Under the pieces are notes generated by a model. The model was not told the origin of the DNA, did no database searches, and saw only the letters and a list, made by a program, of their open reading frames with translations. From assembly GCA_964016885.1 (NCBI GenBank), contig OZ024744.1, forward strand, positions 63,922,001 through 63,986,000: 64,000 bases of DNA. The letters run 5' to 3'. This document shows, one piece after another, positions 1-12,800 of the stretch (its first letter is position 1; each line of letters begins with the position of its first letter). Source of the DNA: Eledone cirrhosa (taxonomy: Eukaryota). The position numbers and the translations under genes were made by a program.

Positions 1-715
1 TCTATGCATTGCTCTATAACTTTGTTTGACTACCTCATTGTCTGTCATTTCCAGCCTCCTCTGATGTTCCATGTTTATCATCAATTCCTACTCATAAATC
101 ATGGCACTTCTCACACATGCAGTGTACACCTTTCACTTCAGTTTCAGTGATATTCCCTCCTCATTAGCATGCCTCTCAGTTCCCAGAACTTACTCTACCT
201 ATCATCATTGAATCTGATAAACCTTCAATGTCTCCATTCAATGTCTCCTAGGTAACTACATATACTAGACAATCCTATGCGAGCAAGACAACCAATCTTG
301 CCTCAAGTGGGAAAACTCCCGTCCAAACCCATGCAAGCGTGGAACATGGACGTTAAACGATGATGATGATGATGATGATGATGACTAGTCACAAGTAAAA
401 TTTAACACTTGACTGATGATGTATAAATCTAATAATCAAAATTCAAATTCCAGTTGTAATGTCTACACCAATCATATTGGCTTTTCTTATAAAAGTGACC
501 GCAACCTAAGCCAATATCACTTGAGATCATGAAGGTTTAGGAACATTGACGATATATTTGGCAAAAACTAAAGTTTTAGTAAATAGGAAAGAAGACAGGA
601 TCCTGATCCCATCAGGGAAGTGGCCTTGTTTAATATGTAGAAAAGGAGTAGATAGAAATACTATATGATGTACATGTTAGGTGCATTAGAGCTGTAATAA
701 AATAGCAGGCAGACA

Positions 716-1197
716 AATAATAATAATAATGAAATTATTGTGTACAGTGTTCAGATGCACTACAGCTCATCAAAGGTGCATGTATAGTACATAGAATTAT
801 GTACAAATGTCAGAAAAGTGAACAGTGTCTGAGTCATGATATACATGTGTGCATGTCTATGGAGAGGGAATATCAGGTGTAGTGTTGGCGAATTTCAGGA
901 AGCATGGAGGTTTTAAAGGATGCAGTGACTCGACAGCTAACAACTGATGTAGGCAGTTTGTTCCGCGCTTCAGCAACTCTGAGCGTGAAAAAATGTTTCT
1001 GATAGTCATGGGAGCTGTGCTGTTTCCTGATTTTGTAGGCATGCCCACGTGTGTTAGACACATGGAATTCAAAAAGGTGCTCAGGGTTGTTGTTGGCAAG
1101 CTGGTTAATAATTTTGTGGGTGTTTACCAAGTCAGTTGCCAGACGTCGGAGCTTCAATGTATCCATGCCCAGAGAAGCAAGGCATTCAGAGTATGAA
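716..1197 (-). mobile_element. CR1-clade LINE 3' fragment
   Basis: ORF 873-1253 ends with the CR1 ORF2 C-terminus (TRGHAYKIRKQ...FFTLRV...NKLP). The 3'UTR and TTA-type tail match the long copy at 38025-41600. Confidence 0.85.
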
Positions 1198-1340
1198 GAC
1201 ATTTTGTCTTCACTACATACAATATATGCTAACACTAACTTTTTTATGTTCACTACATTTAATAAGTTAACACAAATTTAACTATTGTTTCTACATATAG
1301 ATAGGTTCTCTGAGTATTTCCCCTCAATAACTGATTTAAA

Positions 1341-1518
1341 CCCTTTAGCATTTAAACCAGCCATGTCTGACCAGAATTCTCTCACCTCTTTCTGTTCAAA
1401 CCGGCTGTAACCAGCCAATGCTATCAAAATTTCATAGATTCAATATTATGTGAGATAATTATGTGAGGTAAAGCCTTTACACTGAAAAGTAAATATAGAG
1501 TAATGTAAATGATAAAGG
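1341..1518. mobile_element. piggyBac-type MITE (CCCTTTAGCATTTA TIR family)
   Basis: Terminal CCCTTTAGCATTTA...TAAATG(A)TAAAGG followed by TTAA. About 10 related copies occur in the window. Confidence 0.7.
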
Positions 1519-1829
1519 TTAAAAAATATTTTGCATGCCCACTGATGTAAAATATTATACATCTGTTAGTAATTCTCTCATCACTACTTCAAGTACTGTG
1601 GAGTTTATACTTAGATGAGGTCGGACTGGGTGTATGTGTATGTGTGTGTGAATGTGTATTTGCTTCTATTCATTCAATAGAAAACATGCTGTATATATAT
1701 TTCTGTTTGTTTAGATTTGTGATTTTGTTTCCCCATGCTCATCTTTTTTTGTATCCTAGATAGAAGAAGACACTTCCATCATAATTTTATGTAAGATCCA
1801 TAGTTAAGTTATGTTTCAAACACCAAATT

Positions 1830-2028
1830 AATAATTGTTTCTACTTTAGGCACAAGGACAGCAATTTTGGGGTAGGGGAAAGTTGATTAAATCGACCCTA
1901 GTACATTACTGGTACTTTATTTTATCAACCCCGTAAGGATGAAAGGCAAAGCTAACCTCGGCAGGACTTAAACTCAGATCGTAAAGGGGCATAAAGCATA
2001 TTGTCCGACGCTCTACCGATACTGCCAA
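1830..2028 (-). mobile_element. tRNA-derived SINE with Meta-like central domain and (ATT)n tail
   Basis: Reverse complement of the SINE at 22564-22750 (GCCTTTCATCCTTACGGGGTCGATAAAATAAAGTACC core). Confidence 0.75.
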
Positions 2029-2288
2029 ATTAATAAAGAAAAAGTTTGATTATTTTCAAAGATTATTTTCAAAGTGTTTTTATAAGAAATATGGTAATGA
2101 AAGAGTCAGTTATCACCACATTCAATATGGGAACATGAATGTAACTAATGTAAAAGTTAAGTTTGATGTTAATGTTTTTGTTTGAATTATATTTATTTAC
2201 ATCAATTTTTTTTTCTAAATATATATTTTTTTTACAGCCGCATTTGTAACTAATCCATAACTCTGAAGGGCTGTTGCTGCTGCTGCTG

Positions 2289-2323
<35 letters not shown>

Positions 2324-2679
2324 ACTACTATTATTACTACTACTACTACTAAATAATAAAAGTGATGATGACTTCTCTTTTTGTCACAAGGACACTATAA
2401 TATTGAAATTAAAGTAAAGAAAAAAAAATCTTATTGTAATAAAAATAATTATGGTGGTGCTAATAAATTATTTTGGAAAGCATAATCATTTTTTAAAAAT
2501 TCTTTTTTACTTGAATTTAATAAGTATCCGTCAAAATTAAACATAGTCAACCAGGTATTATATGAGGTCAAACCAAATAATAACTGGTATATCAGTGTAA
2601 TCATTAATTAGTACAAGATCAAAGAGGATGCTCTGGATAAGAGTATCTACAAAGACATAAAACTGGTAAAGCAAGTTAA

Positions 2680-2900
2680 CCCTTTAGTATTTACATTACT
2701 CTATATATACTACTACATTTTCATGGTAAACTCTTTATCTCACATAATTATCCCACATAATATTGAATCTACGAGATTTGGATATTATTTATTTTGAGAA
2801 CAATAACGTAATATCAGTATGATTGGTCGGTTACAGCCGATTTGAACAGAAAGAGGTGAGAGAATTCTGGCTGGGTACAACTGGTTTAAATTCTATAGGG
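2680..2900. mobile_element. piggyBac-type MITE with TTAA target duplication
   Basis: TTAA|CCCTTTAG...TATAGGG|TTAA at 2676-2679 and 2901-2904. Confidence 0.75.
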
Positions 2901-2929
2901 TTAAGGCAGTAGCAGAAAAGTAACATGAC

Positions 2930-3295
2930 TGATTAGAAAAGGAATTAGACTAGGTGAGGTGCAGTTTCGTTTTGTACCATGTCAAAGTACCACCGATGCC
3001 CTCTTCCTAGTGAGACAACAGCAGAAGTTTCTGGCTAAAAACAAAGTACTATATTTAACTTTTAATGATCTGGAGAAGATCTTTGACAGAATACTATAAT
3101 ATGCAATCAGATGGTCACTAAGAAAACTAGGTGTGGAGGAATAGTTCATGAGAACAGCGCAAGCCATATACAAAGATGCTGTCAGCAAAGTAAGAATAGA
3201 CAATGAACTTAACGAGGAATTCATTGTGCAGGTAGGTATTCATCAGGGCTCAGTCCTCAGCCTGCTCCTGTTCATTATAGTTCTTCAAGCCATAG
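2930..3295 (+). mobile_element. degenerate RTE LINE reverse transcriptase fragment
   Basis: Similar to 5970-6190 and 6700-6810 (TTDALFLVRQ...GxHQGSVLSxLLFIIVL). Confidence 0.65.
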
Positions 3296-4259
3296 TTGTT
3301 AAATAATTGTTTCTACTTTTGGCAGAAGGCCAGCAATTATCCAAGTGTATTACTGGTACTTTATGTTATCGCCCCCGTAAGGATGAAAGGCAAAGTTAAC
3401 CTTGGCTGCCATCATCATCATCATCATTATTTAACATCCATTTTCAATGCTTGCATTGGTTGTTATGTTATGGGACAAGTTAGGTGAAGTGAGGTGACCA
3501 TGACTTGTTCATACGGATCTGTATTTTAGCTTCGTTTCTACAACTGGATGCCCTTTTTATCACCAACCACGTTACAGTGCGAACTGAGTGCCTTTTATTG
3601 TGGCACCAAAACAACCACCTTACCAGGTGGACTGAGCCATTTTTTGTCATTTCACCAACACAGCCACCTGACAAGGTGGACTGGACACTTTTTGCCGTGT
3701 CACCAGCACGATCATATTACAGAGAGGACTGGCTGTTTTTTTATTTTATTCCTAGCACAACCACCTTACAGGGTGGACTGAGTACTTTTTTCTCATATCA
3801 CCAGCACAATCACCCTTCAGGGTGGATTGAGTACTTTTTTCTCATGTCCCCGACATGACCACTATACAGGGTCGACAGGGAGCCTCTTGTCATGTCATGA
3901 GTACCACCACATTACAGAGTGGATTGGGAGCTGCCTTTTGTCATGCTCCAGTATGAGCAGCTTACAGGATGGAGTGGGTGCTTTTGTTTCACGAAAAAAA
4001 AAACCCAGCAGGTTGTTGTTGCTGTTGTTGAGAGAGAGTGTGTGTGTGTGTGGAAGATAGATATGTTTCTTTATTAGCCACAGGGGCACAAATACAAAGG
4101 GGGAAGTTTACATACAATAAAAACGTGTAAAATATTATCACAAATGCAATTTAAAAATTATAGAGGGTGTTGTAACCTGAAAAGATGGAAATTTTAAGTG
4201 CATATCTGTCATTACATGTGGAAAAAAGTGTGTGTGTGTGTGTTTCTGTAAAACACAAA

Positions 4260-7200
4260 CTTCAACTAGTTTATATATACTCCGAATTGGTACCATCAAT
4301 GTAAGCACAATGAAAGGAAGAGCAAGAGAATTCGTAGAGATGCTAGTGAGAAAGGAAATTGATGTATACTGTGTGCAAGAGACTAGATGGAGAGGAGAGT
4401 CTGCTAGAGTCCTTGTAGGAAAAAGTCAGTGCTACAAATTTTTCTGGGTGGGAAATGACGATGGGATGGGTGGTGTAGGTATCCTACTAGCTGACAAGTG
4501 GGTAGATAAAGTAATCTCAGTGTACAGGGTAAATGCAAGAATCATTAAACACAGACTAGTCCTGAATAAAACAAATACCACAATAATATCAGCTTACGCA
4601 CCCCAATCTGGGTTGCCAGACAAACTTAAGGATAGGTTTTACGAGTCCCTAATGCGCACTACTGCTCTAACAAACGACAATGACTTCCTTATCATTGCAG
4701 GAGATTTTAACAGACATGTAGGTAAACAGTGACGGCTTCAATAGAGTCCATGGAGGCCATGGGGTTGGCACAAGAAATGAAGAAGGATTCAGACTTCTAG
4801 AATTCTGTGACGCCAATGACATGTCGATATGTAACACAAACTTAAAAAAACCCGACAACCACCTGATCACCTATAGATCAGGGGAGCATTCTAGTCAGAT
4901 AGATTTTATCCTCATCAGAGGACGTGACAGATGGACGGTCGTAAATACAAAAGCCTTCCCTAGTGAGGAATGTACCTCCCAACATAGCTTAGTTGTCAGC
5001 GACCTCACGGTCAGAACTAGACGAACCTGGAAGCAGAGGCCAACCTGGAGAAGAAAGATCTGGAAGCTGAAAGACCCCTCGGCCAGTAACAGATTTAAAG
5101 ATATTTTACTCAATGCCTAAGACAGTAAAGAAGAACAGATAGAGACATTCAATGTAGAAGAGCACTGGGAGTTCCTAAAAAATAACTTACTAGAGGCGAC
5201 GGATGAGGTCTGTGGCTGGAGTAAGACCACAAGCAGGAGGAGAGTGACTTGGTGGTGGAACAATAAGGTAGATGAGGCAGTTAAGGCCAAGAGACAGGCA
5301 TGGAAAGATTGGAAGAACGGGGGGGGGTGCAGGGTACATTACATAGAGACCAAGAGGGAAGCTAGGCGACAAGTATACTTAGCTAGGAGGGAAGCAGAGG
5401 ATAGAAAATTCAAGCATGTTTTGCAACGTGAGGACCAGAAACAGGAGGTGTTCAAGATTGCGAGGCAGTGTGTCAGAGAGAATTGTGATGTCATTGGAGA
5501 GAAGTGTATCCGGAATGATAAAGGTGAGCTTGCCCTCACAAGTGCTGAGAAGAAAGATGCATGGAAGAGCCATTATGATAGATTACTAAATGAGGAGAAT
5601 GCATGGGAAGAAGAGACCCTACCCAAGTAGACCCTATAGAGGGGCCATCAGTACAAGTCAGCAGCAGCGTAGTAAGTAAGGCAATCAAAGATATGAAGAT
5701 GGGGAAGACAACCAGTCCATCGGGTATAGCTGCCGAGATGCTGAAGGCATTTGGGTCTGTAGGTCACACTATAACCACACGTATTGTTAACCAGGTAATA
5801 CTAGAAGGTGTCATACCAAAAGATTGGTGCAGTAGCATCATTGTCAACTGCTACAAAGGTAAAGGTGATGCACTAGATAGAGAAAACTATAGAGGTATAA
5901 AGCTGATGGACCAGGTCATGAAAGTAACAGAAAGAGTTATAGCACAGTTGATTAGGGACCGGGTGAAACTAGATGAGATGCAATTTGGGTTTGTACCAGG
6001 AAGAGGCACCACTGATGCCCTCTTCCTTGTGAGGCAGTTACAGGAAAAGTACCTAGCTAAAAGTAAGCCACTCTGCCTGGCATTTGTCGACCTTAAGAAA
6101 GCCTTTGACAGAGTTCCACGTGCTATAATCTGGTGGGCTCTTAGAAAACTAGGAGTAGATGAATGGCTTGTGAAAGCTGTACAAGCCATGTGTAATGACG
6201 TGGTTAGTCAGTCTGGTCACTACTTCTGATCAGATCCGAGAATAGCCCTTAGAAGAACTGTTATCGCATACAGTCTGATCAGATCTGAAGATAGCCCTTA
6301 AAAGGACTGTTGTTGCATATAGCCCTTAAAAGAACTGTTGAGGATGGACAGACGAAAGCACAAGTTGAAAGGACGAAGCAAGGCGAGATGTAAATTCGAT
6401 CAGCTATTTATTTTCACATGAAGCGACGATACGAGGTACAAGGCGTGTGAGTGACAAAGCGTGGCAGAGTAAAGGAACAACGATGCGCTTGCTGACTCTG
6501 CCAAAAGTCGACTGCTGAAGTGTTTGGAACCACTCTATTTATACAGAAATAATCGTTTGATGTTTAGCCGCTGTGTAGGCGTTTATTCTGGTAGGTTTTA
6601 AGGGTTCTTTTGTTTCACGTTGAGGTAGCTAGCTAACAGGTAGATGGCGCTGTATATTTCACAGATGTTATTTCCGGTGGCTGTACACATGTTTAGGGGA
6701 GCAGTCAGCAAAGTTAGGATTAGCAATGAGTATAGCGAGGAATTTAGCGTACAGGTTGGTGTCCACCAGGGCTCTTAGCCCTCTCCTGTTCATCATAGTC
6801 CTGCAGGCAATAACGGAGGAGTTTAAGACCGGATGCCCATGGGAACTCCTGTATGCAGATGACCTCACACTCATAGCTGAATCTATGGTAGAACTAGAGA
6901 AGAAATTCCAAACTTGGAAGCAGGGACTAGAAAGAAAGGGTCTCAAAGTCAACATGACAAAGACTAAGGTCCTTGTAAGTAGACGAGAAAACAGAACCCA
7001 GATCCCCTCAGGGAAATGGCCTTGCTCAGTATGTAGGAAAGGTGTAGGTAGGAACTCCATTCTCTGCCCCAAATGCAAACAATGGATACACAAGAGATGT
7101 AGCAGGATCTCAGGAAGCTTAATTAAGAATGTAGGCTTCACATGTAGCAGCTGTGCTGGGACAGCAAGCAGCAAACAGCCACAGGAAACAAGTACCACCA

Positions 7201-8055
7201 ATCTCTGGGAGGGCTCTTTCGAAACAGTATACAGCTTCTGCTACCTAGGTGACCGAATTAGCAGCGGAGGTGGGTGTTCAGAAAGTACAATAACTAGAGT
7301 AAGAACGGGATGGAAGAAGTTCAGGGAACTACAGCCACTGCTAGCTGCAAAAGGCTTCTCCCTCAAAATGAAAAGCAGACTGTATGATGCGTGTATCCGA
7401 ACAGCAATGTTACATGGTAGTGAGACCTGGGCGCTGAAGGTGGAAGACTTACGTAGATTAGAGAGAAACGAAGCCTGCATGCTCCGATGGATGTGTAACA
7501 GTAATATACGCAAATGACAAAGCATAAATGAATTGAGAGAGAGACTGAGCATAAGAGGAATCAAATGCTGTGTGCAGGAGAGGCAGAGCACTAGAAGTCA
7601 ATGGAAGCCGCGGAGTGGGGAGACCCAAGAAGACCTGGGATGAGGTGATAGGGGCCGACCTTACCCAATTACACCTCTCAAAGGCGATGACACACTACCG
7701 TGACCTCTGGCGTCATGCAGTAATACAGAGTACCCGACCTCGCATGGGTACAAGCTGAAGCATATAGACAATATGCCCCCACACCCCCCACTGCAAGGTG
7801 GTCGTGGAGGTGCCACGGTAAAATAGCACCCAGCCCACACTGTAAAGTGGACGTGTAGGCACCACGGAAAAAAGCACCCAGCACTCACTATAAATGAGGT
7901 TGGTGTTAGGAAGGGCATCCAGCTGTAGAAATCAAGCCAAAATCAGTTCCTGTATGAGCAAGGCATGGTCAGCCGACCAGACACTGCCCACAACAGGACA
8001 ACCCGTCTAACCCATGCTAGCATGGAAGAACGGATGTAAAACGGTGATGATGATA
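4260..8055 (+). mobile_element. RTE-clade LINE, near full ORF (APE + RT + PHD-like finger), with stops/frameshifts, interrupted by a solo LTR
   Basis: Fragments show APE motifs (GTINV, CVQETRW, GDFN, IDFIL), RT motifs (YRGIKLM, FVDLKKAFDRV, LYADDL) and the RTE C-terminus (GRPKKTWDEVI). The 3'UTR ends in (GAT)n at about 8045-8055. Confidence 0.9.
6191..6687 (-). mobile_element. solo LTR of a CsRn1-type Gypsy element
   Basis: 497 bp with TGTA...TACA termini and a 4-bp TSD CATG (6187-6190, 6688-6691). About 97% identical by eye to the LTR at 61506-62002. Confidence 0.9.
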
Positions 8056-8384
8056 TGTATATATATATAATCATTATCATCATTTAACCACAATCAGTAT
8101 TTTATTCAGTGTCAACTCACGTCAGCCCCAAATCCTGCAGACCTACTTTCTGAGTTATTTCAGTTGTTACCATCACATCATTGTTCCTAGACATAGTGTA
8201 TCTAGAACCATATTATCCAATGTGTCATACTTTCTGTGGTGGTCATAATATTTGTGATTGTTATAATCTTAATGACATAAGTAGTTTCACCGTCATAATA
8301 GGCATTTTATTATTATCAATCCAAATTAACATCTCCTAGTTGACAGATGGGAGATATACTGGAAACAGATGTGAGATGTTATGA

Positions 8385-9300
8385 TAATAATAATGGTTTC
8401 TACTTTTGGCACAAGGCCAGCAATTACTCAGTTCATTACTGGTACTTTATTTTATCGACCCCGTAAGGATGAAAGGCAAAGTTAACCTCGGCGGGATTTG
8501 AACTCAGAATGGCAAGGGCCGTAACTCTATGCGTCAAAGCATGGTGTCCGACCCTCTACCGATACTGCCAATCTACCTATGATAATAATAATTGTTTCTA
8601 CTTTAGGCACAAGGCCAGCAATTACCCAGTGCATTGCTGGTACTTTATTTTATCGACCCCGTAAGGATGAAAGGCAAAGTCAACCTCGGCTAATAATAAT
8701 GGTTTCTGATTGAGGCACAAAGCCAACAAATATGGAGGAGGGGAAAGTCGATTAAATCGACCTCAGTGCATTACTGGTACTTTATTTTATTGACCCTGTA
8801 AAGATGAAAGGTAAAGCTAACCTCAGCAGAATTTGAACTCAGAATATAAAGGGTTGTAACTATATGCTGCAAAGTATGTTGTCTGATGCTCTAATAATAC
8901 TGCCAATCCACTGCTCTGTTACAATAATAATTGTTTCTACTTTTGGCACAAGGCCAGCAATCACCAATGCATTACTGGTACTTTATTTTATCGACCCCGT
9001 AAGGATGAAAGGCAAAGTTAACCTCGGCGGGATTTGAACTCAGAATGGCAAGGGCCGTAACTCTATGCGTCAAAGCATTGTGCCCGACCCTCTACCGATA
9101 CTGCCAATCCACCGCCATTGTTACAATAACAATAATAATAATGATTATTTCTATTATAGGCGCAAGGCCAGCAATTTTGGGTGGGGGGGAAGTCGATTAA
9201 ATAGACCTCAATGCATTACTGGTACTTTATTTATCGACCCCGTAAGGGTGAAAGGCAAAGCTAATCTCTGCAGGATTTGAACTCAATAATAATAATAATA
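8385..9300 (-). mobile_element. head-to-tail array of about 5 Meta-like SINE copies separated by (TAA)n
   Basis: The repeated ...TTTCTACTTT(T/A)GGCACAAGGCC...GGTACTTTATTTTATCGACCCCGTAAGGATGAAAGGC... unit starts after TAA runs at about 8385, 8585, 8695, 8925 and 9130. Confidence 0.8.
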
Positions 9301-9429
9301 AAAATAATAATAATTTCTGTAATGATACCACAATTCTAAAAATTAGAAAAAAAGAAAAATGTTTCTGTCACAAAATTAAAACAAAATTTTTAAAAAATAC
9401 ACTATATAATGATAATTGTGGGTGCATTA

Positions 9430-10500
9430 TCATCATCATCATCATCATCATCACCGTTTTAGGAACTGATTTGGCTTGATTTCTACAGCTGGATGCCCTT
9501 CCTAACACCAACCACATTTACAGTAAGTACTGGGTGCTTTTTCGTGGCGCCTACACGTTCACTTTACAGTGTGGGCTGGGTGCTTTTTTGCCGTGGCACC
9601 TCCACGACCACCTTGCGGTGGGGGGTGTGGGGGCATATTGTCTATATGCTTCAGCTTGTACCCATGGGAGGTCGGGTACTCTGTATTACTGCGTGACGCC
9701 AGAAGTCTGTATATATATCCTCTGCCGCATATGCAAAATGTGGGTACACAAGAGATGTAGTGGGATCTCATGAAGTTTAGCTAAGAATGTAGGCTTTACA
9801 TGTGGCAGTTACATTGGAAGATAAAGCAGCAAATGACCACAGGAAACAAGCACTACCAAATTCTGGGAGGGCTCTGTAGAAACAGTAGATAGCTTCTGCT
9901 ACCTAGGTGACCGAATTAGCAGCGGTGGTGGGTGTTCTGAAAGTATAGTAGCCAGAGTAAGAATGGGATGGAAAAGGTTCAGGAAGCTACTACCACTGCT
10001 AGCTGCAAAAGGCTTTTGCCTCAAAATGAAAGGCAGACTGTATAATGCATGCATACAAACAGGAATGCTGCATGGTGGTGAGACTTTGGCATTGGGAGCA
10101 GAAGACTTGTGTCGATTGGAAAGAAATGAAACGTGCATACTCTGATGGATGTGTAATAGTAATATACACGAATGGTAAAGCATAAACGAATTGTGAGAGA
10201 CTGAGCATAAGAGGAATAAAATGCTGTGTGCAGGAGAGGAAGTTACGTTGGTATGGACATGTGATGTGTATGAAGGATGACAGCTGCATAAAAAAGTGCA
10301 GAACGCTCAAAGTTGTTGGAAGCCTTGGAGTGGGGAGACCCAAGAAGACCTGGGATGAGGTGATAAAAGCCGACCTTACCCAATTGCACCTCCCAGAGGA
10401 GATGACACATGACCGGGATCTCTGGTGATATGCAGTAATACAGAAGACCCAACTCCCCAGGATCACAAGCTGAAGCATATGTACAGTATGCCCCACACAG
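9430..10500. mobile_element. RTE LINE fragments (3'UTR on -, RT C-terminal part on +)
   Basis: 9430-9705 is the reverse complement of the 7700-8055 3'UTR. 9715-10500 parallels 7060-7790. Confidence 0.75.
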
Positions 10501-10782
10501 GAGCGTCCATGTGAATTATGTCTGGTGGAGGTAATTGAAGTAACGACTGAAGAGGACCTTCTAAATTCCCGGCATGATAGGGTATTTAATTACAAACACA
10601 AGGTTCTGATGAAGTGCAATAAATAATTAAGTATTGCATATGATTGAACAATATATATTGTAATCAGCACATGTAGACAATTATAATAGACACAGAAACA
10701 TATGTTAAAGCAAATAAATTCCTGATCTCATTTCTTGTCGATGTTTTCTTGGTGAAATACTTGCTTATATATATATATATAT

Positions 10783-11095
10783 TGAAAAGATAACAAGGAC
10801 GATTAGTTACTCCTTCATTACATTTATTGGTAGGTGACGCACATTTCACCACTGATCAGCTCAAGCTTCGATCTGTATCGATCTTACCCGACTCTGTAAT
10901 CTGCAGCTCGACGGACCCCTTAAAATGCTAGTGGAAGATTTTTCTACTAGCATTTTAAGGGGTCCGTCGAGCTGCGGATTATAGAGTCGGGTAAGATCGA
11001 TACAGATCGAACCTTGAGCTGATCAGTGGTGAAACACGTGTCACCAACCAATAAATGTAATGAAGGAGTAACCAATCGTCCTTGTTATCTTTTCA
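10783..11095. repeat. 313-bp near-perfect palindrome, Penelope-like inverted terminal structure
   Basis: Arms of about 154 bp centred at about 10939. The right arm carries CTGATCA..GAAACACGTGTC followed by AATAAA. Confidence 0.75.
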
Positions 11096-11542
11096 CTATA
11101 ATACACTCTGTATAGCTCTACACCTCGACACAGAAGTGAACCTAAACATCGAGTGCTCACCCGGGTGAACCTACAGTAACTCCAAGTTATACTCCCTAGA
11201 TATAGATATATATATATAGTGATGAAACATAAGTCAATTGTATGAACTCATAATCCTTTATTTACTGCTATATATATTTCGATGATAGCCATTGAATGGC
11301 TATGACCTTATATATTTAATGTATCTAAAATCCTAGTACATCTTGTATGTCCATTAGGTTACACTGGGTACACAATATGAAATTTTTACATAATAGAATT
11401 TTTTTCAACATGATAACGCGTGTATGATTATATTATTATAAATGTACAAACACAGACACACTTACAAAAATGAGTTGCTCAAATATATATATTGATTGTA
11501 CACACAAATGTAGTGAATGTTAGATGTTGTTTTCTGTAGTTT

Positions 11543-11911
11543 GTCATCACCTCTTCCTTCCTCAGTCATCTCCAGTGTGTGACGTCATCACCCCTTCCTT
11601 CCTCAGTCATCTCTAGTGTGTGACATCATCACCCCTTCCTTCCTCAGTCATCTCTAGTGTGTGACATCATCACTCCTTCCTTCCTCAGTCATCTCCAGTG
11701 TGTGACGTCATCACCCCTTCCTTCCTCAGTCATCTCCAGTGTGTGACGTCATCACTCCTTCCTTCCTCAGTCATCTCCAGTGTGTGACGTCATCACTCCT
11801 TCCTTCCTCAGTCATCTCCAGTGTGTGACGTCATCACCCCTTCCTTCCTCAGTCATCTCCAGTGTGTGACGTCATCACCCCTTCCTTCCTCAATCATCTC
11901 TAGTGTGTGAC
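11543..11911. repeat. 41-bp minisatellite, about 9 copies
   Basis: Unit GTCATCACCCCTTCCTTCCTCAGTCATCTCCAGTGTGTGAC with period 41. Confidence 0.95.
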
Positions 11912-12169
11912 AGATGGACGGACAGACGGAAGTCGCTCAGATTTATATATAAATCCTTTTTCCTTTTCTGAATATTAAGCACATCTACTTCTCTGGTGGT
12001 ATCAGAGTCCCATCCTCGTATCTACTTACTTTAGAATTTCCTACATTTACTTTGATGTCTTTTGATTTTAGGTTGTGCTGCTATTTCCTCTCTAACTCTT
12101 CTATAAATTCAACTATGAGAATTAGTCCATGTCCCAAAACATCTACATAGCTACATAGCACTCTTTCTT

Positions 12170-12800
12170 TACTGTCTGGCCGTGGGGGGCCCAGTGGATG
12201 TAGAGGATGCCCTTGCTGATGAAGACTTGGATCATCATGAGCTTCCCAGTAGACCTGCTTTGCCTGGCCTTCTTGGGTCTTGGGGAATCAGAATGTTTCC
12301 ACTGGGTACTCTGTCTCTTGGTCTCTGGATCATAACAGTAGACCTAGCTCTCGTCACAGGTTACCAGTGACTCAAGGACACATGGATTCAAAGTGATCCC
12401 TTCGACCATCTCCCTGCTGTTATCTTCATTGAGCACCCTGGGAACAAACTTTGCACAAACTTTATGCATGTTCAGATTGTCATGAATGATTGTGCAGTGC
12501 CCTCAACCACTTCAAATTGTTTAGCAATCACCAGAAGAGATGCCCGATGGTCCTTGTCCAGAAATTTGCAAATTTTGTCGACCAACTTAGGTGTCCTGAT
12601 TTCCCTTTCCCTGCCATATCTCTCATTATCCCTCACTTCCTTCCTACCCTCTTGGAACCTCTAGTGCCAGTGGAAAACAGTTGCCCAGCTCATGAAAGTT
12701 AGTCCAAAAGTAGTTTTGACCATTTCATAGGTTGCTGCAGTATTTTTGCTGAGCTTGACACAAAACTTTATTCCATATCAAGCCTCCTAGTTGTCTTCAC
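12170..12800 (-). mobile_element. mariner transposase relic
   Basis: The minus strand reads LVTCDES*VYCYDPETKRQSTQWKHSDSPRPKKARQSRSTGKLMM, the mariner first-catalytic-Asp region. Confidence 0.75.

Noticed and set aside
2238-2260. Possible terminal exon of an upstream gene (TTTTTACAG|..AFVTNP*)
   Set aside because: Too short, and there is no partner exon in the window to support it.
11016-11046. Functional hammerhead in the palindrome arm
   Set aside because: The core reads CTGATCA rather than CTGANGA, and stems I and II do not pair. At best it is a remnant.
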